A stretch of 64,000 nt of DNA from assembly GCF_963921235.1 (NCBI RefSeq), contig NC_086108.1:31622001-31686000 (forward strand). The letters run 5' to 3'. A program made the position numbers and the translations under genes. Source of the stretch: Mobula hypostoma (Eukaryota). Positions 50,345 through 62,099 of this stretch are shown in pieces (the first letter of the stretch is position 1; each line of letters starts with the position of its first letter). The notes beneath the pieces are model-generated. The model was not told where the DNA came from. It ran no database searches and saw only the letters and a program-made list of their open reading frames with translations.

Positions 50345-51660
50345 AATGTCTGTCCTGGAGGCCAACATCAGAACACCCTTCATGAGGGTGAACCCTCACA
50401 AGGCATCAGGCCCTAATGGCAAACCTGGCAGGACTTTGAAAACCTGTGCCAACCAAATGGAGGGTGTTCAAGGAGATCTTCAATCTCTCACCGCTGCAGT
50501 GGAAGGTTCCCACATGCTTCAAAAGGGCGACAATCATATCAGTGTCCAAGAAAAGCCGAGTGAACTACCTCAACAACTGTCACACAGTTGTACTCACGTG
50601 TCCTGTGACACTTCGAGTGGTTGGTCATGGCCAGATTCAACCCCTGCCTAAGCAAGGAGCTGGACCTGCAGAAATTTCATTTTGCCTCAATAGGTCTACA
50701 GCGGCTGCAATTTCACTGGCTCTCCACTCAATCTTGGATCACAGGCTCAATACTAATACCCATGTCAGGCTGTTGTTTATTGATTACAGCTTAGCGTTCA
50801 ACACAATCATACTCTCAGTACTAATCAACCATCTCCAAAACATGGGCCTATGGACCTCCCTCTACCACTGGATCCTCGACTTCTTCATCAGGAGACCACA
50901 GTCAGTACAGATCAGAAATAATATCTCCTCCTGGCTGGCAATCAACACTGGCACACATCAAAGGTGTGTGCTTGGCCCATTGTTCTGCTCTCTCTACACC
51001 CATGACTAGGCCTAGGCACAGCTCAAACAGCATCTATAAATTTGCTGATGACACAACTATTGTTGGCGGTATTTCAGATAGTGATAAGGAGGCGTACAGG
51101 AGCGAGATAGATCAGTTGGTTGAGTAGTGTCACAACAGCCTTGCACTCAATGTCAGTAAGACCAGGGGATTGATAGTGGACTCGAGGAAAGGGAAGTTAA
51201 GGGAACACAGACCAGTCCTTGTCGAGGGGTCAGCAGTGTTTCAATTTCTTGGCAAGGCAACAGTTATAGTTCATCAGGAGTTTGAGGAGACTTGGTATGT
51301 CACCAGAAACTGTGACACAGATGTACTGTGGAATACTTTCTAACTGACTGCATCACCATCTGGTATGGAGGGATTACTACACAGAATTGGAAAAAGGCAG
51401 AAAGTTGCAAACTCAGCCAGCTCCATCATGGGCATCGAGGATATCTTCAAAAGGAATGCCTCAACAATGCCACATCTGTCATTAAGGACACCCATCAGCC
51501 ATTACAGACCCCCTTCTCATTGCTACCATTAAGGAAAAGGTAGAGGAGCCTGAAGGCATACACTCAACATTTTAGGATCATCTTCTTTCACATCGCCATT
51601 AAATTTATGAATGGACAATGAAACCATGTACACTACCTCACTGTAATATTTTTGCTAATT
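50345..51660 (+). mobile_element. Rex1/Babar LINE RT and 3' fragment
   Basis: NPHKASGP, VPTCFK, RLLFIDYSLAFNTI, WILDF, FADD, LTDCIT.WYG. Confidence 0.85.
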
Positions 51661-51698
51661 TTATATGTGTATAAATAAAACATAATGTACATACTGTG

Positions 51699-52845
51699 TA
51701 GGTTGAGTACCCTTTATAAGAAATGCTTGGGCTGGAATTGTTTTGAATTTTAGATTTTTTCCAGATTTTGGAATACGTAATGAGGTAGCTTTGGATCGCC
51801 ATCATTTCCAAGTCTGAATTTATGTGCTACTGGTAAGTGTCTTACTCTTGGTCATCAAACACAGCCATTCAGTGTGTTAGATTTTCATCAGCAAACTCAT
51901 CAATGAATTTCTCTGCTGCTTCATGATCAGCAATCTCTTTATCACCATAAATCTTTCAAAATTTAGTGCTGTGTCTTTTCTTAAATTTCTGCAACCAGCC
52001 TGCTGCATATTCACCATTACTTTCAATTTTCAGTTCATCATGACAGATCGTTGCTTGCTTCATGATCAGCATACAACATATGTTCATGATCAGCATACTA
52101 CTGATCAGCATATATTCATTCTGATGCTGACAAATCCACTCTTTCAATACACGAACGAGATCTTCATTTTTTGCTTTTGTAATCATGGAGTCATAGAGAA
52201 GTACAGCACAGAAACAGGCCCTTTGGCCCATCTAGTCCATGCCAAACTATTTAAGCTGCCTACTCCCATCCACCTGCATCAGGACCATAATCTTCCATAC
52301 CCCTACTATCCATGTACCCATGTAAACTTCTCTCAAACATTGAAATCAAGCTTGCATCCACCACTTGCACTGGCAGCTCATTCCACACTCTCACGACCCT
52401 CTAAGTGAGGAAGTTTCCCCTCATGTTCCCCTTAAACTGCTCACCTTTCATCCTTAATCCCTGACTTCTGGTTGTAGTCCCACCCAAACTCAGTGGAAAA
52501 AAGCATACTTGCGTTTATCCTATCTATATCCCTCACAACTTTGTATACTTCTATCAAATCTCCTCTCAATCTTCTACATTCTAAAGAATATAGTCCTAAC
52601 CTATTCAATCTTTCCTTATAAATCAGGTCCTCCAAAGCCAATAACAACATTGTAAATTTTCCCCGTGCTCTTTCAACCTTGTTGACATCTTTCCTGTAGG
52701 TAGGCGTAACTTCTGTTCATTACATATCTGAGTCACTTCTCAGAACAGTCTGTGGTGTGCAGACACCTGCGCATCACCTGGAAACCATCCCAACGCCTTG
52801 TAGATTTTTTCATTTGTGACATCATTTGTTTTGGATTTTAGATAT
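51699..52845 (-). mobile_element. Tigger/pogo (Tc1-mariner superfamily) DNA transposon remnant
   Basis: Terminus aggttgagtaccctt.t..gaaatgcttggg; CENP-B-type HTH EDL.RVLKEW...GWLQKFKKRH (51956-52180); interrupted by CR1. Confidence 0.75.
52183..52702 (-). mobile_element. CR1 3' fragment inside Tigger
   Basis: ERLNRLGLYSLE.RRLRGDLIEVYK; CR1 3' UTR and tail. Confidence 0.85.
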
Positions 52846-52927
52846 ATATAGAGATAGCTTTTTCTTAATGTAATTTATGGATTTTTATTGCAATGTTTTG
52901 TCACCGCAAAACAATGTATTTCATGAC

Positions 52928-53871
52928 TGTCACACCTCGCTAGCTCCAACATCCCCACCGACTTCCCCTGGCTCCTCAGGAGGACCCTGACGGGCCTTGG
53001 GCCACGTAATCTTTCTTCGACTGTCTGTCCTCATGTGACTCCATTTCTAGAGAAGCTGGCTGAACCCTGGTCTTCTGTGAGCACAGCCCAGCTCTCTTCG
53101 ACATCTTCACCCCTTTCAGCTTACCATCCCACCGTTGCCACCTCGCTATCAGGTGTGGGTAAGCGGCCCGACGGGGGTCACCAGTTGGAAAAGAAAGCAG
53201 ATTATAAATCACAATGGTGCGTTAGTGCAAGGCTTTTAGTTAGTACCAGGTGAAAAAAGAACAGCAAAAGCTGCCCAAAAGTTGCGAAGTAATAATTACT
53301 ACAAATAGACAAATGAAAACAAATATGTACAAAAATTTGCAAATATACAGAGGCTTTCTCCACAACACACTTTGTCATTAACTTTCCAGTATAACTATTC
53401 ACCAACCGTCAAATCCAACCTCCACACTCCTCAGCAAAACCAAACTGAGAGTTTAAATCCACCTGTGTAGGGTGTAGTGTGCCTGCTCCCATTAACCCAG
53501 GCATTATTTTAGGACACCCCAAACTGTCCCTTGGGTCTTTGAGGCCATTCTGCTGTCTACAAACCAATGTACGGTGTGAGTGAAAATAAATGAAACTATT
53601 TGGAATGCCTGTGTCTAGAATCTTTATTTTTATGAGTTATAAACCAGTAGAGCACATTAACTGAAGGGATTGTTTTGATTAGCCAAGCTAGCAATTGTTT
53701 CACTGTTGGGATGTGTAAATGGTGAACTTCCAAGAAGTGCAGAACGGGAGGGCAAAGTGTGTGAACTTCTGGGGAAACTAGACACACGGACGCAGAATTG
53801 GGAGGAGTGACTAACAGGGCAAAGGGGCAAGGTTAGCAGGCGAATTAGCATTAGCAACCTCTTCTCTCACA
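52928..53871. mobile_element. Solo LTR (944 bp)
   Basis: TGTCAC...CTCACA ends; perfect 5-bp TSD atgac (52923-52927, 53872-53876), splitting a Rex-type 3' end. Confidence 0.8.
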
Positions 53872-55293
53872 ATGACATATAACAGTAATACTAAACCTGA
53901 TTCGGATTCTATTTCTGATTGCTTCACGTCATTGGGTTTCCACTGCAGATGTTATGTAGCACATTAATCCAGAAATTACAGAACATCATTGGTAGAAAAC
54001 CAGGAGCAAACACCAGTTACCAACAAGCATCCCTCTACATTACACATAAACGCCCTCTGAAGCTGTCATGTGATAAAGCAGTGAGGCAGTTATCCAAAAA
54101 TGTGATGGTAAGAATGCCCATCACTCAAGACACAACTCAAACTGCTCTGCAAAGTAGCTTGACTGAAACTAACTTCTCTGAACCTTACGATAATGCCTTA
54201 TTTTCTTTCTGTGAAGCAAAGTCTAACCTTCCCGATCCCTACTCGCCCACAAACAAGGTAGGTGAGAGGTCTAGTGTAGCAAATAATTGAATGAAGGCAA
54301 TCAGTAGGTCAAGCAGCATCTGTGGAAGGAAGGGAACCTGTTGATGCACTGGGATTGGGAGCAGGGAGGGGAGATGCCTGGTATAAAGAAGAGGATCAGT
54401 GAGACAGGAGCCTGAGGTGACAGATGGACTCAGCAGGGCTGCAAGATGGTGGGAAGGTTGATCCAAGCAGGGGTGGGAAGTGGGGCTGGAGCAGCTGGTG
54501 GAAGGCAGATGAAGAGAGAGCAAAAAAAAACTGAGAGACAGGCAGACTAGATGGAAGGAGGTGAGTGTGAAGGTTGAACACAGCTGCTGGAGGAAGACAA
54601 GCAGGAAAACAAAAGGATATCAGTACTAGAACTCTGATCAGTAAGGGAGATGAGAATGGGAACCATTAGAGGACAAGGTAAATGACAGATGGAACCCAAA
54701 CCAAAGAGAGGATGGATTGTTTGGAGACCTGGCTGCAGACTTTTGCCAGATTTCATTCTAATCTCAGCCATCGAGAGGTACTCAGGATTAACCAAGGGCC
54801 CTGTGTGATACAGCTTTCCTGTGTGGTACCAGTTGTGAGGCAGCCTGCTCTCGATGACTCACTATGTGTGGGTTTATAGGGCAAGATCAAGTCTTGTCTC
54901 TGTGGGAGTGTTTCAAAACACTTTAATGTGAAAGGGAACTCATTGTGGGCTACAGCTCAAAAGACAAGATGGCTTACTGATAAAACCCAGAATTAGCATG
55001 AATTGACTTACTTTCTGTTGCTACAGTTCACAAACTTCCATTTGCTCTACAATTTGCAGTGTTGCAAACTTGAAACTTGCACCTCTAGATTAGCAAAGAA
55101 TTTCTGCTTCACGTTTAGCATAAGGACAATTAATTTTAAATGCACCTTCCTATCAACCAGGTTAACGTGCCCACGAGGCCAAAGTATTGATGAAATCTGC
55201 CTAGCTGACCCTTCTGTGCCCTTTGATCAACTTGCGCTGCAATGGATTTGCATTCTGCTTCTTTCTGGTAAGACAAAATGTACGTAACGTATA

Positions 55294-55684
55294 GGGTGGC
55301 AGGGTAGAGCTCTGTCTCAACAAAGTGGGTGTAAGCTGCCACTTTCCTCTGCTAGCATGCGTGTCACCCTCGGGCAAGGTGTAGCACCTGCTTAGTGCAC
55401 ACCCCCCACCCCGATCAAGGTCACGTGAGCCGTGGGAGCAGGTGGTGGATGGTCATATGAGCAGCCGGTGCATAGCACAAGTCCTGGTTATGTGACCACT
55501 GACGCCAGGCAGACACTCTCTGAAGAGTATTGATAATGGCTGGGGTCACCCGTCTTGTAAAGACACTGCCCAGAAGAAGGCAACGGCAAACCATTTCTGT
55601 AGAAAAATTTGCCAAGAACAATCATGATCAAAGACCATTATTGTCACGTCATATGACACGGCACGTAATGATAATGATAATGAT
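55294..55684 (+). mobile_element. RTE-related short non-autonomous retroposon
   Basis: Contains agaagaaggcaacggcaaacca...ttgccaagaa (RTE/BovB 5' UTR-like motif), (ATG/ATA)n tail, TSD gtaacgtata/gtaacatata. Confidence 0.75.
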
Positions 55685-55858
55685 GTAACATATATTTAAT
55701 TTATGATTTTCTTCTAAATGCTGCATATGTGATGCCATGTGTCTGTGATGCTGCTGCAGGTAAGTATTTCATTGCTCCTGTGCACACGTGTACTTGTGCA
55801 TATGATAATAAGCTCATCTTTGATTTTCACTCAGCAAAATCAGCCATCCACTCCCACA

Positions 55859-56142
55859 CAGGTGAGTCCAGGTATGTGGGGACCACGGGCACTGAGTCCA
55901 GGCACTAGGATCAGGTGAGCCCAGGTGTGTGGGGACCACAGGCAGTGTCCACACACTGGGCACAGGTGAGTCTGGGTGTGTGGGCACCACAGACAGTGAG
56001 TACGGGCACTAGGGTCAGGTGAGCTGAGGTGTGTGAGGACCACAGGCACTGAGTCCATGCACTGGGCATAGGTGAGTCTAGGTCTGTGGGCACCACAGGT
56101 AGTGAGTACGGGCACTAGGGTCAGGTGAATCCATGCACTGGG
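55859..56142. repeat. 53-bp minisatellite, about 5.3 units
   Basis: Units start at 55859, 55912, 55963, 56016, 56069, 56122 with (c/t)aggtga. Confidence 0.9.
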
Positions 56143-56907
56143 GATGGTCCACCTCTGTCCAGGCCCACTTCTTAAATCAATGAACTCTTATCACAAATTT
56201 GGACTAGCTAAGCCCGAGAAACAGTGAACACAGTTGTGCATCATAGATAAGGAAATCAGGGGCATTTGCCAAGCAGTAGCAGCCTTCCCTCATTTACATA
56301 AAACGCTACCTCCTGACATATTGTTCCACTATAGCCTCAACTTGTCACACACTGTTACCATCTGAAGTGTAGCCGTTGTTGCAACCAGTTAACACATTAC
56401 AAACTACCGTGAACAGGAATGATTATGACCAGATAATCTGCGTCAACTGCCGGCTGACAAATAAAGGTTAGCTGGAGCATAAGAGGTAACTCCCCTGGTG
56501 TTCATTAACGCAGGATCGTTTCTTATAGGTTTACTTGAGTTGTTTATATAAAAGGCAATGGCTTAGCTGTGCAGAGATACATCATCCTGAACATTGAAGT
56601 TCACATAACCTTCGGAACAGGTTATCTCTTGATAGTGCTGCCTGCTGAGCCCATAGCACTGACACTGCATCTCAAAGCAAGCTGAATATGCCTTACACTG
56701 TCAATAAAAGGATAACTCATGAAGGCAGCAAGAGGTCCCACAACATCCACAGATTGAAAATGAGGAGCCCAGGTCTCAACGAAAATTAATCTCAAGGCTG
56801 TATTAGGTATACATACTTTGATCATAAATTTACTTTGAGTTTTGAGGTCAAAGCCTCAAATTAACCTTACCTCACTGGCACCTACTTTGTGGGGACAGCT
56901 ACATTTC

Positions 56908-57328
56908 AGTGGTGGGATGCAGATACGTCTCTACCAACGGCAGTGTAAAGGTGCTCCTTCCCTCTGCTAGCCTGCACATCACCTTAGGCAAGGTGTAGCA
57001 TCTGCTTACCTCAGCATGAAGCCAAGGGAGCGGATGGCGAATGGCTGTATGAGCAGCTGGTGCATAGCACAAGTCCTGAGCTATGTGATCCCTGACACCA
57101 TGCAGACAATCTCTGAAGAGTATTGATAATGGCTGGGGTCACCCGTCTTGTAAAGACACTGCCCAGAAGAGGGCAATGGCAAACAACTCCTGTAAAAAAT
57201 TTGCCAAGAACAATCATGGTCAAGACCATGATCACCCATGTCAGGTGATACCGCACACTATGATGATGTCATAACAACACAGCACATAATGATGATGTCA
57301 TACGACTCGGCACATAATGACGATGATA
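56908..57328 (+). mobile_element. Second copy of RTE-related short retroposon with triplicated 3' end
   Basis: Collinear with 55294-55684; gtcata...gcacataatgatgat-like unit repeated three times at about 57240-57328. Confidence 0.75.
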
Positions 57329-57712
57329 ACATCCACATCAACGTACTTTCAGTTCCAACTCTCAGGGATTGTTACCTTTTCCCTACCCTATTCCTCAAAC
57401 AAAGCTCATGGCAAACAGTACACCATGATACTGATGCTTCCAGACTGATGTACAGTAATTCTCATTGCAAAAAGCTGTAAGTTGAAGTGATTTAAATTGT
57501 TTCACAACATAGCAGGGATGATTAAGTATCTGGAGTAAGTGTCAATCTGAAATACCAAAGGTCAGGGCTTCAGTTCCATTGGGAAATGACATCCTTCATG
57601 GTGTCGCTCTCATTAAATTTATTCTCTTATTCAGATTTTCAGTATCCATTCTAAGACCTTTGGCCCAGTGAATAAATAGCTTTGACATTCCACAACCAAC
57701 TCAAACACTAAC

Positions 57713-58162
57713 CAGAATCAGGTTTAATATCACTGGTATATGTCATGAAATTTAACATTGCAGCAGCAGTACAATGCAATACATGATAAATATAAAGAAA
57801 AAAAACTGAAATACAGTAAGTATATATCTGTCTAATGAATAGTTAAATTAAGATAAGTAGTGCAAAGCAGATATTTAAAAAAGGTAGTGAGGTAGAGTTC
57901 ATAGTTCAATGTCGATTCAGAAACTAGATGGCAGAGGGGAAGAAGCTGTTCCTGAGTCGTTAAGTGTGTACCTTCAGCTTCTGTACCTCCTTCCTGACGG
58001 TAACAATGAGAAGAGGGAATGTCGTGGGTGGTGGGGTTCCTTGGTGATGGAAACCACTTTTCTGAGGCACCGCTCTTTGAAGATGTCTTGCATACTACAG
58101 AGGTTAGTACCCATGATGGAACTCACCAATTTTACAACACTCTGGAGCTTACTTCAATCCTG
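57713..58162 (-). mobile_element. Rex1/Babar 3' fragment
   Basis: 3' end attaaacctgattct on minus plus homology to other Rex 3' ends. Confidence 0.7.
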
Positions 58163-58922
58163 TAATAAATCCTCATGTTTAAGGTACTGTTACCTTCACC
58201 TCAACTATATTTCCCTTACCTGGGCAAAACCAACTATCCATTAACCATTAACCAGCCCTGACTATATTGTTCAAGCATTGGAAAGGTATTGTTCTTGAGC
58301 TAAATAATGTCACCCTATAAGGTGAAATAATGATGATAGCTAGTTCTTTGCTTGCGAAGATCAAGAGGGAAGTAGGACTTTCCTTCCCACCTGTGCTGCG
58401 TAGGCTTATCGTGAGGATGGGTGCACGCGGACCGGTTCCACTCTATGTCACGCCATGACATAGCAAACTCAGTAAGAACAGGAACACTACAGGACACAGT
58501 AGTGTAGGAGAGGCCATCTGTGAGTAACCTCCTGCACAGCAAGCCAAACAGTGGTCCCGTGGCAATCACAAACCTTCACCTTCCTTAAGTGAGCAGGACG
58601 TCCAGCCCAGAGCTCACACGTCCCCAACTTTAATAATACCTCATGAAATTAACTATGATTCACTCTCACATTCTTTCGTTTTTCACTTAAAAGAAGTTTC
58701 CAGCATGAGACCTGAGTAAACCATCTTGTTAGCGAGGTCTGATTAAACCAAATAACACAAAACAATTGAGTGTGCAATGGTTGGAATTATGAGATCACTC
58801 TTCAAACACCATTTTTAAAAGTTTTTTTTTGACTGAAATCGAAACAATATTGTAATAAATGTTTTTTTAGGGATACTGAGATAAAAATGGAAAACTTGAA
58901 ATGGAAATAAATGTGAAGTACA

Positions 58923-61152
58923 TGTCAGGCCTGCACATGCAGGATTCTCACCATCTCCACACAGCTAATAGGAGTCATCTGCCACTAGTTTCCAACACAT
59001 CGCTTGCTGCTTATTTAAACGCAGCTCTCATCCACAACTCTTGTTCACTTATTGGGCCAGTCAGGCACAACCAGTTGATCCCAGACTTAGTTTCCTGTTT
59101 GTGTTTTGTATTTGTTCTCTCTTGATTCGTGCCCAATGTGGTTTGCTATTTTGCAGTTTATTAGTAAAGTGCCTTTTAGTGCTAACTGGTCTCCACTGCT
59201 CTGCTTTTGGGTCAAGCCACTAGTAAACACCCCCCCTTGGTCCCTTGTTCCAGCACTATAGTCCGACTCACTCTCTGTCCCCCTCCACATCCTAACAGCT
59301 CTCCAGACACAGGAGGCTCTTGTGAGTTCTGGCACAGCAAGCAACTTTCTGGACCGGACTCCAAGCGTGGAGCTTGGACTCCCTACCGAACCTATCTCTC
59401 ACCCCTTCTGCACTGCGGCCAGTGATGGACATCCCTTGGGGCCTGGGATGGTCAGAACACGTGTAAGGGCTGTGCACATGAGATTGAAATGCAACGTGAG
59501 TCCATCCTAGTCCTCTTCATTGACTCACCAAACACTTCTCTCATCTTGGGTTACCCCTGTCTCTCCACTCACATCCTTCAGTTTGCCCGGACATCCAGTA
59601 CACTGCTGAGTTGAGGCACTCCAGTGGACCCATTTCGGTCATCCAGGCACACAATTGACTGAATTTACTACAATGCCAGTTCTAGTTGCCCACCATGATT
59701 GCAGATGCATGTCAGTTTGTTGCTGCCTGCCCTTGATGTGTCCAGTCCAATTCCTCCAACAATTAGCCGTCTGGACTCCTCCAGCCTCTGACAGTCCCTC
59801 AACATCCGTAGATCATGGATTTCATCACTGGTTTACTGGCTCCCAGAGGGGCTACAGTGATTACGACTGTGGTAGATCGGTTCTCCAAGGCAGCCCAATT
59901 CATTGCTTTCCCCAAACTTCTGCCAGCCGCTGAGACACTGGACCTGGTTCTCCAACATACAGCTTGCCTCCAAACTTCCCCCAAGACATTGTGTCAGACC
60001 AGAGCCGACAATCTGTCTCCCACTTCTGGCTAGCTTTCTCCTCTCCCCTCCGCACCTCATTGAGTTTGTCCCCTGGCTATCGTCCACAACGAATGGACTG
60101 TCAGAAAGAGCCAATCAGCAAGTGGAGAGGTTTCTGCAATGCTTTGCTGCCTCTTACCCTTCCACATGGAAGAATTATCTGCTCTGGGCCGAGCTATCCC
60201 ACAATCTATACATCTCCTCTGCCATGGGGATGGCAGCCTTTGAAGTGCTTCAAGGCTACCAACCCCTGCTGTTCCCCATGGAGGAGTCAATGGTGGAGGT
60301 CCCATCCACCAGGGCTTTGGCTCGCCACTGCCAAATGCTTGGAAGAGGGCATGGAGGACCTTCCTAGCTGCCAACTGTGCCTACTGCCATCAGGATAATC
60401 ACCGTCAGCACCCAGCCAGATGACTCCAGCCTGGGGACTATGTTTGGCTGTCTACTCAAGATCTCCTGCACACTGATTATTGCAAGCTCTCATCCTAGTT
60501 CATTGCTCCTTTCAAAATTACCCATCACATCAATCCAGAAGCCACCCTCCCTCAGGATCACACCTACCTCCCATGTGTCCTGCCTCCAGCCCATGGTCCA
60601 CGGAGCACTCAATCCACCTACCCCTTCACTATCTAGGAGGTAATTTTGAGTTCACAGGTTGATGGAGTCACATCATGGATGGGATGTGCACTGTCTGGTT
60701 GAATGGGACAGGTACGGCCTGGAGGAGAGCTCTTGGGTGCTGTTCAGTTACATCTTTGATCCATCATTTGTCAAGGAGCTCCACCAACCTATCTGGACCA
60801 TCCTGGGCCACAGGGGGGAGGGAGTTCCTGACAGGACTGCACATGCAAGCTCCTCCCAGTCTCTACCTAACTCACAGGAGACATTTGCCACTTGTTTTCA
60901 ACTCATCACCTGCAGCCTATTTAAACCCAGCTCTCATGCACAATTCTTGTTCATTCATTGAACCAGCCAGCCTTGTACAGTTGCTCCTGCCCTTCAGCTC
61001 ACTTGCTGCCTGTTGTACTTAATATCTGTTCTCTCTAGTTTTGTGGCCCCTCGTGGAAGGTTATTTTGCAGATCATTAGTGAAGTATCGTTTACTGCTAA
61101 ATCCTTCCCACTGCTCTGCTTTTGGGTCAAGCATCCTCTACATTTTCTGACA
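58923..61152 (+). mobile_element. Decayed sushi-type chromoviral Gypsy element
   Basis: LTRs about 58923-59230 and 60829-61152; TSD gtaca/gtaga; integrase MDFITGL...VVDRFSK and NGLSERANQ; chromodomain LVEW..YG.EE.SWV; PPT 60812-60824. Confidence 0.85.
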
Positions 61153-61289
61153 GTAGAGCCATCAAGTGACAGAGATCATTTAAAATACTTTCACTCTTTT
61201 TATATCTTTCAGTATATTTTAATACTTTAGTATATCTGTTGTATTGTCAGAGCTGGTGAGAATAGCATTTGATGCTATTTAGAGTATAT

Positions 61290-61945
61290 CTGTCTTGCAC
61301 TTCCCTCATTTTTCGCAGAAACTCCAACCATTGCTGCTCTGCTGTCTTTCCTGCAAATGTCTCTTTCCAGTCAACTTCAGCCAGTTCCCTTCTCATGCCA
61401 TTGTGATTTCGTTTATTCCACTGAATTACCAACGCATTGAATTGTATTTTTTCCCTCTCAAATTTCAATGTGAACTCGATCATATTGTGATCACTGTGCC
61501 CTTAAGGTTCCTTAACCTTAAGCTCTCTTATCACCTCCAGGTCATTGCACAACACCCAATCCAGCATAAATGATCCTTTAGTGAGCTCAACAAGAAGCTG
61601 TTCTAAAAAGCCATCCCTTAGACATTCTACAAATTCTCTTTCTTGAGGTCCACTACTGGCCTGGTTTTTTCAATCCATTTTCATGATAAAATCCCCAATG
61701 ACATTGCCTTTCTGACATGCCTTTTCTATCTCCTTCTGTAATTTGTAATCCACATCCTGACTGCTGTTTGGAGGCCTGTATACAACTGCCATTAGGGTCC
61801 TTTTACCCTTGCCATTTCTTAACTCAACCCATAAAGACTCTACACCTTCTAATCCTATGTCATCTCTTTCCAATGATTTAATATTATTTCTTATACACAG
61901 AGCCACACCACCCCCTCTGCCTACTAACCTATCTTTCTGATGTTT
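61290..61945 (-). mobile_element. CR1 endonuclease-region fragment
   Basis: KDR..GRGGGVAL, ESLWVEL, VVYRPPNS, IGDF. Confidence 0.85.
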
Positions 61946-62099
61946 CAATCTGGAGATCCATCATTAGCTGGGAAAGAAAGAAAAAAAGAGTTTATTTTAA
62001 GTTGAGATGGATGGATAGGACAAAGGGAATGTCTCCGTTAGGGAGCCGCCAGGGTTGTTGCAGACATAAATTCTAGACAGGATACCCAGCTGAGTACTA

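Noticed and set aside
55295..55312. U1 snRNA-derived head (tggcaggg..gagatac-like start)
   Set aside because: Similarity is limited to about a dozen bases; no U1 stem-loops or Sm site follow
55859..56142. CRISPR-like array
   Set aside because: Whole units are homologous with no unique spacers, there are no cas genes, and the context is eukaryotic
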